Part shown: positions 45,696 to 54,122 of the stretch, piece by piece
Layout of the letters: the number at the start of each line of letters is the position of its first letter
Numbering within the stretch: the first letter of the stretch is position 1
NCBI GenBank assembly: GCA_021815205.1
Contig: JAKAHD010000004.1
Location: 4,990-68,989, forward strand
Source of the DNA: a bacterium
Lineage (GTDB): Bacteria > Patescibacteriota > Minisyncoccia > UBA6257 > GWB1-50-10
Length of the DNA stretch: 64,000 nt
Direction: 5' to 3'
Program-made: the position numbers and the translations under genes
Notes under the pieces: model-generated
What the model saw: only the letters and a program-made list of their open reading frames with translations
What the model was told of the DNA's origin: nothing
Database searches by the model: none

Positions 45696-48073
45696 TTCTT
45701 TCCCACTTTCCCCTCAACTTCGAGAGGAACGTCCAAGGAAATCACATGCTCCATAATGTCGTGGAGCGGTCCGACCACTTGTGTTAGGATATCATCGCGG
45801 ATTTCAAAGAGCAATTCATCATGGATTGTAAGAATCGGCCGCGCACGGGCTCCGAGCCAACCCCCGGTGCGGAGGAAATCGTAGGTGCGGCGCATTGCCA
45901 TTTTCAATATGTCCGCTTCGAGGCTCTGAATGGGCATGTTCATTGCCGCGCGCTCCACCTCAGCGAACGCATACGGACTTTTCTTTTCTGAGGAAGAAAA
46001 CCACCGTTTTCTTCCATGTATGTTTTCCGCGTATCCCTTCCGCTTCGCGTCGGCCTTTGCGCGTTCTTGCCATGATTTTATTTTTGGAAATCCCTCGAAA
46101 TATTTTTTAATAAAATTTGAGGCCTCTTCCACCCCGATGCCGCTTGTTTTTGCGAACGCCCGCATACCCATGCCGTACACCATGCCGAAGTTTAAGGTCT
46201 TCCCGATGCGTCGGAGTTCCGGCGTTACGGCGGATTCCGGAATACCGAGGACGCGCGAGGCAGTGAGGGTGTGAATGTCTTCGTGGCGCTCGAATGCCCG
46301 AAGGAGATTTTCGTCTTTCGTGATGTGAGCAAGAAGCCGAAGTTCGAGTTGAGAGTAATCCAAGGAGTAGAAGCTCCATCCGGTTTCCGCGACGAACGCG
46401 CGCCGGAGCGCCCCAGACCACCTCGACTCCCGGGGGATGTTTTGAAGATTCGGTTTCTCGGATGAGATTCTTCCCGTCGAGGTTCCGGTTTGTACGAAGG
46501 TGGTGTGAAGCTTTCCGTCGGCTTCACGGAGGCTGAGGAGCGGTTCAAGGTAGGTGGATTTGATCTTGAACGTTTCGCGGTAGGCAAGAATAAGCCCCAC
46601 GATCGGATGCGCGTCGCGGAGCGAGGTAAGCACCTCTTCGGATGTTGCGAAGTGTCCTGTGCGCGTTTTCTTTGCCTTGGCGTTTTGTATACCGAGTTTT
46701 TTAAAGAGCACCTCGCCAATCTGCTGAGGTGAGTTGAGATTAAAGACGACGCCAGATTCCTTATAGATTTTCTTTGCGATCCCCTCGAGTTCTTTCGTGG
46801 CGTCGCGGAGCAGTAAGGAGAGTTGCGGCTCGTCCAGTCCTATGCCCCACAGCTCCATTGCGGCGAGCACTTCCACAAGCGGCATCTCAATCTCGTAGAA
46901 TACATAGGTTAGTTTCTCCTCCGCAAGTTTCGACTTGAGCGTGGTGAATATCTCTTCGAGCGCGTCGCGGCCCGCGTTTCCATGCCCCGCGAAACGGTGT
47001 AGAAGCGCCTCGGGAGAAAAATTATTCTGGTCGGGATTGAGAAGCCAGCCCGCGATGGCGCAGTCGAACGGCTTTTTGGGAAGCGGCTTCTGTGCGCGGA
47101 GCAGGTCTTTAAAACGCGATTTCCATTCCCATGCCACCTCGAACTGCCCAATGGTTCGCGGTGCGTTATCCCCGGAGCTTACCTCTTGCCTGGTGAGCGG
47201 CGCCGTTTTTTGTACGCCTTTGATGCGGGCGATAAGACTTTGAAATCCCTTGTCTCTAAGATAGGTTATACAGTCGTTTTGAAATGCATGCGGCCACGCG
47301 AGTGCGGCAAGCGAGGGGGCGACGGGCGCATCGGTGCGTATAGTGCCGAGTTGCCTAGAGAAGAACGCTTCCTTTTCGAAGGGGAGGATTTTCGGGGCGC
47401 GCACGTCCCCCCTTTTAAGTTCTTTAAAAAGCGTTTCAAGCGTGCCGAATTCCTGAAGAAGCGCACTCGCGGTTTTTGGCCCGATGCCGCGCACCCCGGG
47501 AATATTATCCGAGGCATCCCCCACAAGTCCTTTGTAATCGGGGATCTGTAAAGGTGTGACGCCGTAGCGGCGCTTCACCGCAGCTTCGTCGTATTCCATG
47601 GTCTCCCCCACGCCTTTTTTGGGGGTGATGACGGTGATTGTGTTGTCCTTCACAAGTTGGAGGGTGTCGAGATCTCCCGTAAGAATGAAGATCCGCACGC
47701 CTTTCTCGCGCGAGAAGCGCGCCGCAAGCGTGCCGATAACGTCGTCCGCTTCAAAACCTCTCGCTTCAAACGTCGCAATGCCGAATTTTTTGAAAAGTTC
47801 ATGCGCTTCAATGAGCTGGTGCACGAGTTCGTCCGGCGCCTTGGGCCGATGCGCTTTATACCCCTCGAACATCTCCTTTCGGAACGTGGGTTCGGGGCGG
47901 TCGAACGCGGCCGCGATGTAGTCGGGGTTTTGTTCTTTGATGAGTTTGAGTAGCGCGCCCGCAAGGCCGTACAAGGCGCCTGTCGGTTCGCCCAGGGGAG
48001 AGGTAAGCGGCGGAAGCGCGTGGAATGCGCGATGGATCAGCGAGTTCGCGTCGATTAAGAGAAGCTTTTTCAT
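45671..48073 (-). CDS. polA: DNA polymerase I (5'-3' exonuclease + polymerase domains)
   Basis: N-terminal FEN motif LLLIDANSLIHRAFHA. Pol A motifs RRIGKTLNFGMVYGM and HDELLFE. Start placed at ATG 48071-48073. Confidence 0.9.
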   Translation of the reverse strand: MKKLLLIDANSLIHRAFHALPPLTSPLGEPTGALYGLAGALLKLIKEQNPDYIAAAFDRPEPTFRKEMFEGYKAHRPKAPDELVHQLIEAHELFKKFGIATFEARGFEADDVIGTLAARFSREKGVRIFILTGDLDTLQLVKDNTITVITPKKGVGETMEYDEAAVKRRYGVTPLQIPDYKGLVGDASDNIPGVRGIGPKTASALLQEFGTLETLFKELKRGDVRAPKILPFEKEAFFSRQLGTIRTDAPVAPSLAALAWPHAFQNDCITYLRDKGFQSLIARIKGVQKTAPLTRQEVSSGDNAPRTIGQFEVAWEWKSRFKDLLRAQKPLPKKPFDCAIAGWLLNPDQNNFSPEALLHRFAGHGNAGRDALEEIFTTLKSKLAEEKLTYVFYEIEMPLVEVLAAMELWGIGLDEPQLSLLLRDATKELEGIAKKIYKESGVVFNLNSPQQIGEVLFKKLGIQNAKAKKTRTGHFATSEEVLTSLRDAHPIVGLILAYRETFKIKSTYLEPLLSLREADGKLHTTFVQTGTSTGRISSEKPNLQNIPRESRWSGALRRAFVAETGWSFYSLDYSQLELRLLAHITKDENLLRAFERHEDIHTLTASRVLGIPESAVTPELRRIGKTLNFGMVYGMGMRAFAKTSGIGVEEASNFIKKYFEGFPKIKSWQERAKADAKRKGYAENIHGRKRWFSSSEKKSPYAFAEVERAAMNMPIQSLEADILKMAMRRTYDFLRTGGWLGARARPILTIHDELLFEIRDDILTQVVGPLHDIMEHVISLDVPLEVEGKVGKNWGSLHAV

Positions 48074-48570
48074 AAATAGTCTGCCCGTATGGTAATTATC
48101 CGCTTTTTCGGGCTTGCGTGCGAGAAGGCGATTTCGATCGATGGAGGAAGCAGGCGTTTCGGAACGTGTTCGGCCCACTCGATCGCGACGATGTGCGCGG
48201 GAGCGTGGAGCATCGCGTTCCATCCGATATCTCTGAATTCTTTTGCGCGCGCGAGGCGATACGCGTCGACGTGATAGAAATACCGCAACGATTTTCTCCC
48301 GGGGATTTTATACCTGCGCACAATAAGAAAGGTAGGGCTTATTACAAGAGCATTGATCCGGAACCCTCGTGCAAGCCCCTTCAAGAACGTAGTTTTTCCA
48401 CTCCCCAAATCTCCTCTAAGGGCAAGCACTATCGGTCCCTTTTCTTTTCGCAGTTCCTGCGCAAGAAGCGCCCCCAAGGCGCGCGTGGCGCGGGGCGAGC
48501 CGCTCTCGTAAGTAAGCGCGCGAGGAGCTCTAGAGGAGTTTTTTCTCCCGCTCGATTCCGAGGTGTTCAT
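48070..48570 (-). CDS. tsaE: tRNA threonylcarbamoyladenosine biosynthesis protein TsaE. The start is uncertain and the 5' end overlaps the ruvB 3' end.
   Basis: P-loop GDLGSGKTTFLKG and overall YjeE-like layout. Confidence 0.7.
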   Translation of the reverse strand: MNTSESSGRKNSSRAPRALTYESGSPRATRALGALLAQELRKEKGPIVLALRGDLGSGKTTFLKGLARGFRINALVISPTFLIVRRYKIPGRKSLRYFYHVDAYRLARAKEFRDIGWNAMLHAPAHIVAIEWAEHVPKRLLPPSIEIAFSHASPKKRIITIRADYL

Positions 48571-49531
48571 ACGCAAGAGGAGTTGCAACGCGCCCCGAAG
48601 GGGTGCGGTGCAGGAGACCAAGTTTCATAAGGAAGGGCTCGTAGACCCCCTCAATAGTTTCCATTTCTTCGTTCAGGGACGCGGCGAGTGTTTTGAGACC
48701 CACCGGCCCCCCATTGAATTTTGTAATAATAATCTCAAGAAGCTGCCGGTCCGCATCCTCCAACCCCAAAGAATCAATCTCAAGCATCGCGAGCGTTTTT
48801 TCAACCGCTTGCTTGTCAATGTGTTTCTTTTTGTATACCTGCACATAATCCCGCGCGCGCTTTAGGAGGCGGTTCGCGACGCGCGGCGTAAAGCGGGAGG
48901 CGAGCGCAAGTTCATGAATACCCTCGGGGGTAATCGGAGCTCCAAGAATCCTCGCCGAGCGTTCGATGATCTTCTCAATATCCCCCATTCCGTAATAATC
49001 AAGCCGGAACGTCGCGCCGAACCGCGAGCGCAAGGGCGAGGAGAGCAAATTCACACGCGTTGTCGCGCCGATTACCGTGAAGGGCGGCAGATCGAGTGTG
49101 AAGGTCCGCGCAGTCGGCCCCTTTCCTATAATAAGATGCAGGGTGCGCGACTCAAGTGCTGGGTAGAGAATCTCCTCGACGAGCTTATTGATGCGATGAA
49201 TCTCATCAATAAAAAGGATCTCGTGCGGCTCGAGGTTACTTAAGAGCGCCGCAATGTCCCCAGCCTTCTCGAGTGCAGGGCCGGAGGTCGAGCGCACATT
49301 CACCCCCAACTCTTTTCCTATAATGTAGGCAAGCGTGGTTTTTCCAAGACCCGCCTGGCCATAGAAGAGGAGATGATCCGAGCTCTCGCCGCGCCCCTTC
49401 GCGGCATCAATAATAAGCCGGAGATTTGTCTTGATCTTTTCCTGCCCCACGTAGTCCTCGAAGCTTCCGGGGCGCAAGAGCGTCTCGAGGTTCTGCTCTT
49501 CTTTGGATTTTTTAGCGGTTTTTTGATCCAT
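48530..49531 (-). CDS. ruvB: Holliday junction branch-migration helicase RuvB
   Basis: AAA+ Walker A GQAGLGKTTLA. Winged-helix C-terminus. Confidence 0.92.
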   Translation of the reverse strand: MDQKTAKKSKEEQNLETLLRPGSFEDYVGQEKIKTNLRLIIDAAKGRGESSDHLLFYGQAGLGKTTLAYIIGKELGVNVRSTSGPALEKAGDIAALLSNLEPHEILFIDEIHRINKLVEEILYPALESRTLHLIIGKGPTARTFTLDLPPFTVIGATTRVNLLSSPLRSRFGATFRLDYYGMGDIEKIIERSARILGAPITPEGIHELALASRFTPRVANRLLKRARDYVQVYKKKHIDKQAVEKTLAMLEIDSLGLEDADRQLLEIIITKFNGGPVGLKTLAASLNEEMETIEGVYEPFLMKLGLLHRTPSGRVATPLAYEHLGIEREKKLL

Positions 49532-49587
49532 GTGTAATTACCCTTAATCTTCTTCGTTGTACTTCATGGAAATGGAGGGGGGACCTG

Positions 49588-49683
49588 TCCCTCACATAAC
49601 CATCAGTTTTACTGTATATCTCTTGTGTTTGGGTTGGCTGTCTTACCTAAGAATACCCTGTTTTATGGGCTTATGTGAGGGAT
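49588..49683. repeat. Family G element, copy 2 (TIRs TCCCTCACATAAC / TTATGTGAGGGA)
   Basis: Same 13-bp TIRs as 228-324. Internal sequence differs except for a TACCTTAAG motif. Confidence 0.5.
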
Positions 49684-49711
49684 TGACAATAATACTCTTT
49701 TATGCTAGCAT

Positions 49712-49889
49712 ACCCCTCGTATCGTATCTTGATCGGAGACCTGTGGACAAGGAGAATTTTCCCAGATTTGGGCTGTGTGGCTCCGGCTGGGCAGTTCCTC
49801 GGAAAAATCTCACATACGCCTCTCTCACTTTGGCACTGATGTCCACAGATCTCCGGTTGGGATATTCAGGCGAACTCTTATGAGTTCGC
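49712..49889 (+). ncRNA. Candidate structured small RNA, or a 48-codon sORF, with its own TTGACA-N17-TAGCAT promoter and an intrinsic terminator. Function unknown.
   Basis: A 14/15-bp long-range helix (GGAGACCTGTGGACA / TGTCCACAGATCTCC) encloses nested helices. The terminator hairpin follows. The region is non-coding in the ORF track. Confidence 0.3.
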
Positions 49890-49900
49890 TTTTATTTTTT
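49869..49900 (+). terminator. Rho-independent terminator (GCGAACTC-TTAT-GAGTTCGC + T9)
   Basis: Perfect 8-bp GC-rich stem followed by TTTTATTTTTT. Confidence 0.6.
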
Positions 49901-51572
49901 AAACACTCCAAGTAATAAGCCCCGTTAAACGTTCCACCTCGTCGAATGTCGTGATTCCTTGAAGCGTCTTCAAGACGCCGTCTTCTTGCATCGTAACCAT
50001 TCCCGTTTGTTTTGCCAAGCGCGTGAGCTCAATCTCGGTGGGGTTCTTATAGATTGCCTCCTCAATCTCATTCGTGATAGGGAAGAGTTCGAAGATGGAA
50101 GTTCTGCCTCGGTAACCGAGGTTGCCGCACTCGGCGCAACCCCTCGCCTCGAAAAGTGTTGGAGCGGCGTACGCGGCCTTTTCAACGCGCGCGGGGAGCG
50201 CCGCGATGAAGGCGTCTATCTTTTTCTTCAATGTTTCATCTATTTCTCTTTTTACTTTGCAGTGCGCGCACAGGGTGCGCACAAGACGCTGGGCGATCAC
50301 GAGAGAGAGCGAGGGGCCCACGATATTGCCCTTAATATCAAGATCCAAGAGGCGGGGAATCGCGCCTACCGCGTCGTTCGTGTGGAGTGTTGAGAAAACA
50401 AGGTGGCCTGTGAGCGACGCGTTTAAAGCGATCTCCGCGGTCTCCTTGTCTCTAATCTCGCCGATCAAGATAATGTTCGGGTCCTGCCGCAGGATCGAGC
50501 GGAGCCCCGAGGCGAAGGTGTAGCCCGCATCAGGATCGACTTGGGTTTGCGAGATGCCGGGGAGATGATACTCGATCGGGTCCTCGACGGTGATGATTTT
50601 AATCTCCGGTTTCTGCACGTAACGGAGGAAGGCGTAGAGTGTCGTCGTCTTCCCCGATCCTGTGGGGCCGGTGTTTAAAATAAGTCCGTTGGGTTTTTGA
50701 ATCGCTTGTTGCGCGATAAGAAGATCGTCCGTGCGCCACCCAAGCTCTTCAAGATTTACCTTAAGGGATTGGGGATCGAGGAGTCGAAGCACGCCCGTCT
50801 CGCCGTATTCCGAGGGAATGATCGAGGTTCTGATCTCGATTGCACGATCCTTAAGCTCAATTGTGAAGCGGCCATCCTGCGGTTTATCCCTGATGTTGAG
50901 TTTTAGGTTCGAGAGCAGTTTAACTCTTGTTACGAGAAGCTCGTAGGCGTGCGGCGTGAAGCCGTTATAGACGGAGTGGAGCAAGCCGTCGATCCTAAGG
51001 CGCAAGGTGCCCGCGTGCTCGACCGGCTCGAAGTGAATATCCGAGGCGTGAAGGGCCATCGCGCCGCTCAAGATAATCTCCAAAATCTCCGTGGTGTAGG
51101 GGCTCTTGAAGTCGCGGATGTTTTTCTCAAGATCCTCGAGACTATGGATCGTCGCCTCGAAGTTTTTTAACCGTTCTTCATTAATCTCAATACGGCCGCT
51201 AATTTCCCTTTCCTTCACGATGTACTGGTAGTACGACCAGACGTGCGTGATACTCGTCATGGAGCTCACGACGACCTTTACCTCAAACTTTTTCTTGAGT
51301 TCCTCGAGTATTGCTTTCGTTTCCGGTTTTTCGGAATCGAAGACTGCAACAATCAAGGTTTTCTTCACGAGTTGGAGCGGCGCGATGAGCGCCTTTTTTG
51401 CGTCGGCTTCAGGTACCAAGGCGAGCGCCTTGATCTCCGTGGGGACCGTCGCCGAGATGAGATTCATGTAGGGGAGCCCGAGTTTCTGCGCGCGCCGCTT
51501 CGCGTCGTTTTCTTCCGCCTCGCGGCGCTGGCGCTGCACCTGTTCCTTCAGTGAATTTGCGTTCAACGTCAT
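49899..51572 (-). CDS. pilB: Type IV pilus assembly / type II secretion ATPase (PilB/GspE family)
   Basis: Walker A LNTGPTGSGKTTTLYA, Asp box, His box, and C-terminal tetracysteine CAHC...CAEC. Confidence 0.85.
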   Translation of the reverse strand: MTLNANSLKEQVQRQRREAEENDAKRRAQKLGLPYMNLISATVPTEIKALALVPEADAKKALIAPLQLVKKTLIVAVFDSEKPETKAILEELKKKFEVKVVVSSMTSITHVWSYYQYIVKEREISGRIEINEERLKNFEATIHSLEDLEKNIRDFKSPYTTEILEIILSGAMALHASDIHFEPVEHAGTLRLRIDGLLHSVYNGFTPHAYELLVTRVKLLSNLKLNIRDKPQDGRFTIELKDRAIEIRTSIIPSEYGETGVLRLLDPQSLKVNLEELGWRTDDLLIAQQAIQKPNGLILNTGPTGSGKTTTLYAFLRYVQKPEIKIITVEDPIEYHLPGISQTQVDPDAGYTFASGLRSILRQDPNIILIGEIRDKETAEIALNASLTGHLVFSTLHTNDAVGAIPRLLDLDIKGNIVGPSLSLVIAQRLVRTLCAHCKVKREIDETLKKKIDAFIAALPARVEKAAYAAPTLFEARGCAECGNLGYRGRTSIFELFPITNEIEEAIYKNPTEIELTRLAKQTGMVTMQEDGVLKTLQGITTFDEVERLTGLITWSV

Positions 51573-51797
51573 ATATATAAGTGTAGAGGGTTTTTGAGGC
51601 GCTCACAAGAAAGATGGCGGGGGGTGGCTTTATTTTTAGAAAGGAAAGGTTGGACGTAAAAGCTGATCACGCTACGAGTACGCGGGTACACCCCTTACAT
51701 GAATACTTATATAAGGGGCACGCGCAGAATACGCCGCCGGAGTTATTCCGAGCCGCCGAAAGCGAACCATATTCCACCATCTGGGAGGGAGAAGAAA

Positions 51798-51821
51798 GGT
51801 GCTATGACATGTCATAGCACC
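51798..51821. other. 24-bp perfect palindrome GGTGCTATG-ACATGT-CATAGCACC
   Basis: Partner site with identical arms at 53730-53755. Confidence 0.5.
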
Positions 51822-52080
51822 CTTTGGTAGACCCCCTCACCAGAAAGCCGCGGGTATAACCCCGTGGTCTGGGGGCGTGAAGCGGTGTGATATTCGTTGC
51901 GCAAACGCTGACCACTTCTTCTTAGGCACTATGCTGGCACTATGCTGCGGCATAGTACTATGAGCGGGGATTTCAAACCCGCGCTTCAAGGTTGCATTCG
52001 TTTTTACGTTTGCGCATATTATGGAGGAGTGTTAAAGTGTATTCAAGTAATTTTCAATACACAATTTAAGAGGATACTCC

Positions 52081-52500
52081 ATGAAAAAGAGCACTTATCT
52101 TCTGCAAGGCGTATTTTTCTTTGAAGATATCGGTTTCTGTATTGGTCATGATCCAGAAATAGGGGAGCGCGTCGTGATAGGAAAGTGCCAGGCATACGCT
52201 TTGTTCAACGCCGTGATAAGCTCGTTCGCAGATGGTCGTCCGGGGCTTGGCGGCGTGATGATGGATAGATTTGGCACATCGAGATTGAGGAATATCATAC
52301 TTTCAAAAGTGAAAATCTCTTTTACAAAACAGTATGAGAACCGCCCGCCGATTTTCTACAACTTCGAGAGCAAAGACGCAAAAGGGGGTTGGTGGAAAGG
52401 AACATACCAAGGAAAAGACTGCGGAGAAGGATTAGCGCACTGTTTCATAAAAATAGTGGACAGCGCATTCTTTCTCGCAAAGAACATCAAGTGTTCTTAG
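52081..52500 (+). CDS. Hypothetical protein (139 aa), lower GC than surrounding genes
   Basis: ORF with an SD-like upstream sequence (GAGGATACTCC ATG). No recognisable domain. Confidence 0.4.
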   Translation: MKKSTYLLQGVFFFEDIGFCIGHDPEIGERVVIGKCQAYALFNAVISSFADGRPGLGGVMMDRFGTSRLRNIILSKVKISFTKQYENRPPIFYNFESKDAKGGWWKGTYQGKDCGEGLAHCFIKIVDSAFFLAKNIKCS

Positions 52501-52741
52501 TGCGAGAGGAACATTATGTTAAAAGAAGGCGCGTTTAAATGCGCCAACCGCGGGACAGTTTAGAATACCCAATAGAGATTTGGAAAAGCCTCGGAATGAA
52601 AATCCCGGGGTTTATTATTTTCTGACGGTGATAATACCTCCGCGAGTGGATTTGACACAATCATATTTTAGTAGTATAATGTAGGCAGTTAAGAATTGAA
52701 GTTAATCATCTATTTAAAACTTAAAATCAGCTGAGATTCAG

Positions 52742-53518
52742 TTGAGGGAGTATAAGAAATTGAAAAAGTTTTTTGCTATTTTTGTTTTGCTTTTTGTGTC
52801 GGTATTTTTCACTGCATGCGGGCACAGTTTCTATCTCGGGATGATGATAAATACCCCGAAGATAGGGTTGCTTGGGTTGGGAACCATGACGACGGTGTCG
52901 GTATTCAACCCAACGCCGTATACTGCCGAGCTTTATGGCGCATACGGCAAATACGTGGGCACCATTCCTCCGAACGGATCCGCCGTTGGTGAGGTAAACG
53001 TGAAATTCGATGGAGAACAGTATCCGTTGCTTGCGTGGATGCTGCGGAACGGCGAGCGAGTCGGTGTCGCGTTTGTGAGTCCCTCACTCCAACCCAATCA
53101 ACCGTATGACTGGGTGATACAGGAAGTGAGGTACCCCGACGGGAGATACAGTTATTACAATTACAACCAAATCTCCCCATACCCACCCTCGCCCACGCAG
53201 GGTGTGGTGAAAGTAGACTTTCCGACGATCGTGCTCATGTCTACTACGCAGGTGCAGTTTATCAACTGCACCTATTACACAATGCAGGGAGGGTTGATTG
53301 GCGGACAACAAATGTCGAATGTTCCACCGATGAGTTCGGTAACACTTCCGTACGAAAACATAAACAGAATTTATGGGAGCGTGCCGGTGGATCTGCAGTT
53401 TAATAGTTACGGATTAACTTTCGGGTGGGCGCATAGGGATTTTTCGATTTCTACCGACATTCCGAGGGTTGTACAGTTTATTTTTCAGCCGTCAGACATC
53501 CAGACGGCACGGCAATAG
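52742..53518 (+). CDS. Hypothetical lipoprotein (lipobox FTAC)
   Basis: Signal peptide KKFFAIFVLLFVSVFFTAC. Tyr/Gly-rich, lower GC. Confidence 0.5.
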   Translation: MREYKKLKKFFAIFVLLFVSVFFTACGHSFYLGMMINTPKIGLLGLGTMTTVSVFNPTPYTAELYGAYGKYVGTIPPNGSAVGEVNVKFDGEQYPLLAWMLRNGERVGVAFVSPSLQPNQPYDWVIQEVRYPDGRYSYYNYNQISPYPPSPTQGVVKVDFPTIVLMSTTQVQFINCTYYTMQGGLIGGQQMSNVPPMSSVTLPYENINRIYGSVPVDLQFNSYGLTFGWAHRDFSISTDIPRVVQFIFQPSDIQTARQ

Positions 53519-53526
53519 ATTTTAAC

Positions 53527-53568
53527 GAGCCCGTAATCAGTCATATGATTACGGGCTCTTATATTTTT
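53527..53568 (+). terminator. Rho-independent terminator after the lipoprotein gene
   Basis: Hairpin GAGCCCGTAATCAG...CTGATTACGGGCTC followed by TTATATTTTT. Confidence 0.6.
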
Positions 53569-53650
53569 GAGACACCGTTTATCTGCCACCCTTGACCGTT
53601 TGCCGCCAATTTCTCGTCGCTTTCATTGAACCCGCTCCACTCATTAAATC

Positions 53651-53684
53651 ACTAAGCTATGTGACGATCGTCACATAGGTTAGT
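53651..53684. other. Second copy of the dif-like palindrome (ACTAAGCTATGTGACGATCGTCACATAGGTTAGT)
   Basis: Relative to 13092-13125 it carries symmetric (compensatory) substitutions in both arms. The central GACGATCGTC is conserved. Confidence 0.4.
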
Positions 53685-53729
53685 AAATATGAAAGTGAGC
53701 CGGAGTGTATCGAGACGCATTCACTTCTT

Positions 53730-53755
53730 GGGTGCTATGCTATAGCATAGCACCC
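53730..53755. other. 26-bp perfect palindrome GGGTGCTATG-CTATAG-CATAGCACCC
   Basis: Arms identical to those at 51798-51821. Confidence 0.5.
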
Positions 53756-53856
53756 ATAATAAGGCATGCAACAGAGGCGTTGGGAATTATTGTTTCGCTG
53801 TTTGGCTGAGTTATCACCGCATCGCCGTCTTTTTTCCAATCGCATCTAAACTTTTT

Positions 53857-54082
53857 ATTCTCCTTCGCCCGAATACCTCCGTCGCGTGCGATGAGGATGA
53901 ATCCCGTTAGAAGCTCACACGGGGTATTAAACCCCGCGTTCGCCACGGGACGAGGCATTCATCCCCGTGGCAAGCCACGGGGTTTCCTGCTTCTCACGGG
54001 ATGAAGGGCGAAGGGGAACCTTTCCGTAGTCCGCTCGAGGCGGACGAAGGAGGGTTGGCTTCGGATGAATTCCGATACCGCG
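53857..54082. repeat. Family C repeat, long form (~225 bp) with an internal multi-hairpin insert
   Basis: Ends match 17607-17702. The interior has three GC-rich hairpins, and the left end pairs with GGGCGAAGGGGAA at 54002-54013. Confidence 0.55.
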
Positions 54083-54122
54083 TATTACCACGCAACGCTA
54101 ATTGTAGTACTATAGGTAAAAT

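Noticed and set aside
49557-49883. 108-aa ORF between ruvB and pilB
   Set aside because: It spans the TIR element, a promoter-like sequence and the hairpin-rich candidate sRNA region. It has no SD or coding signature. The region is better explained as non-coding regulatory/ncRNA sequence.
51600-52080. Possible tmRNA or RNase P RNA in the structured non-coding region upstream of gene 52081
   Set aside because: No tRNA-like 3' end with CCA. No tag-peptide frame ending in a hydrophobic ...LAA-type tail. No P4 consensus (AGGAAAGUCCGG / ACAGAAACCCGGCUUA) could be found by eye. Left as unassigned structured DNA.
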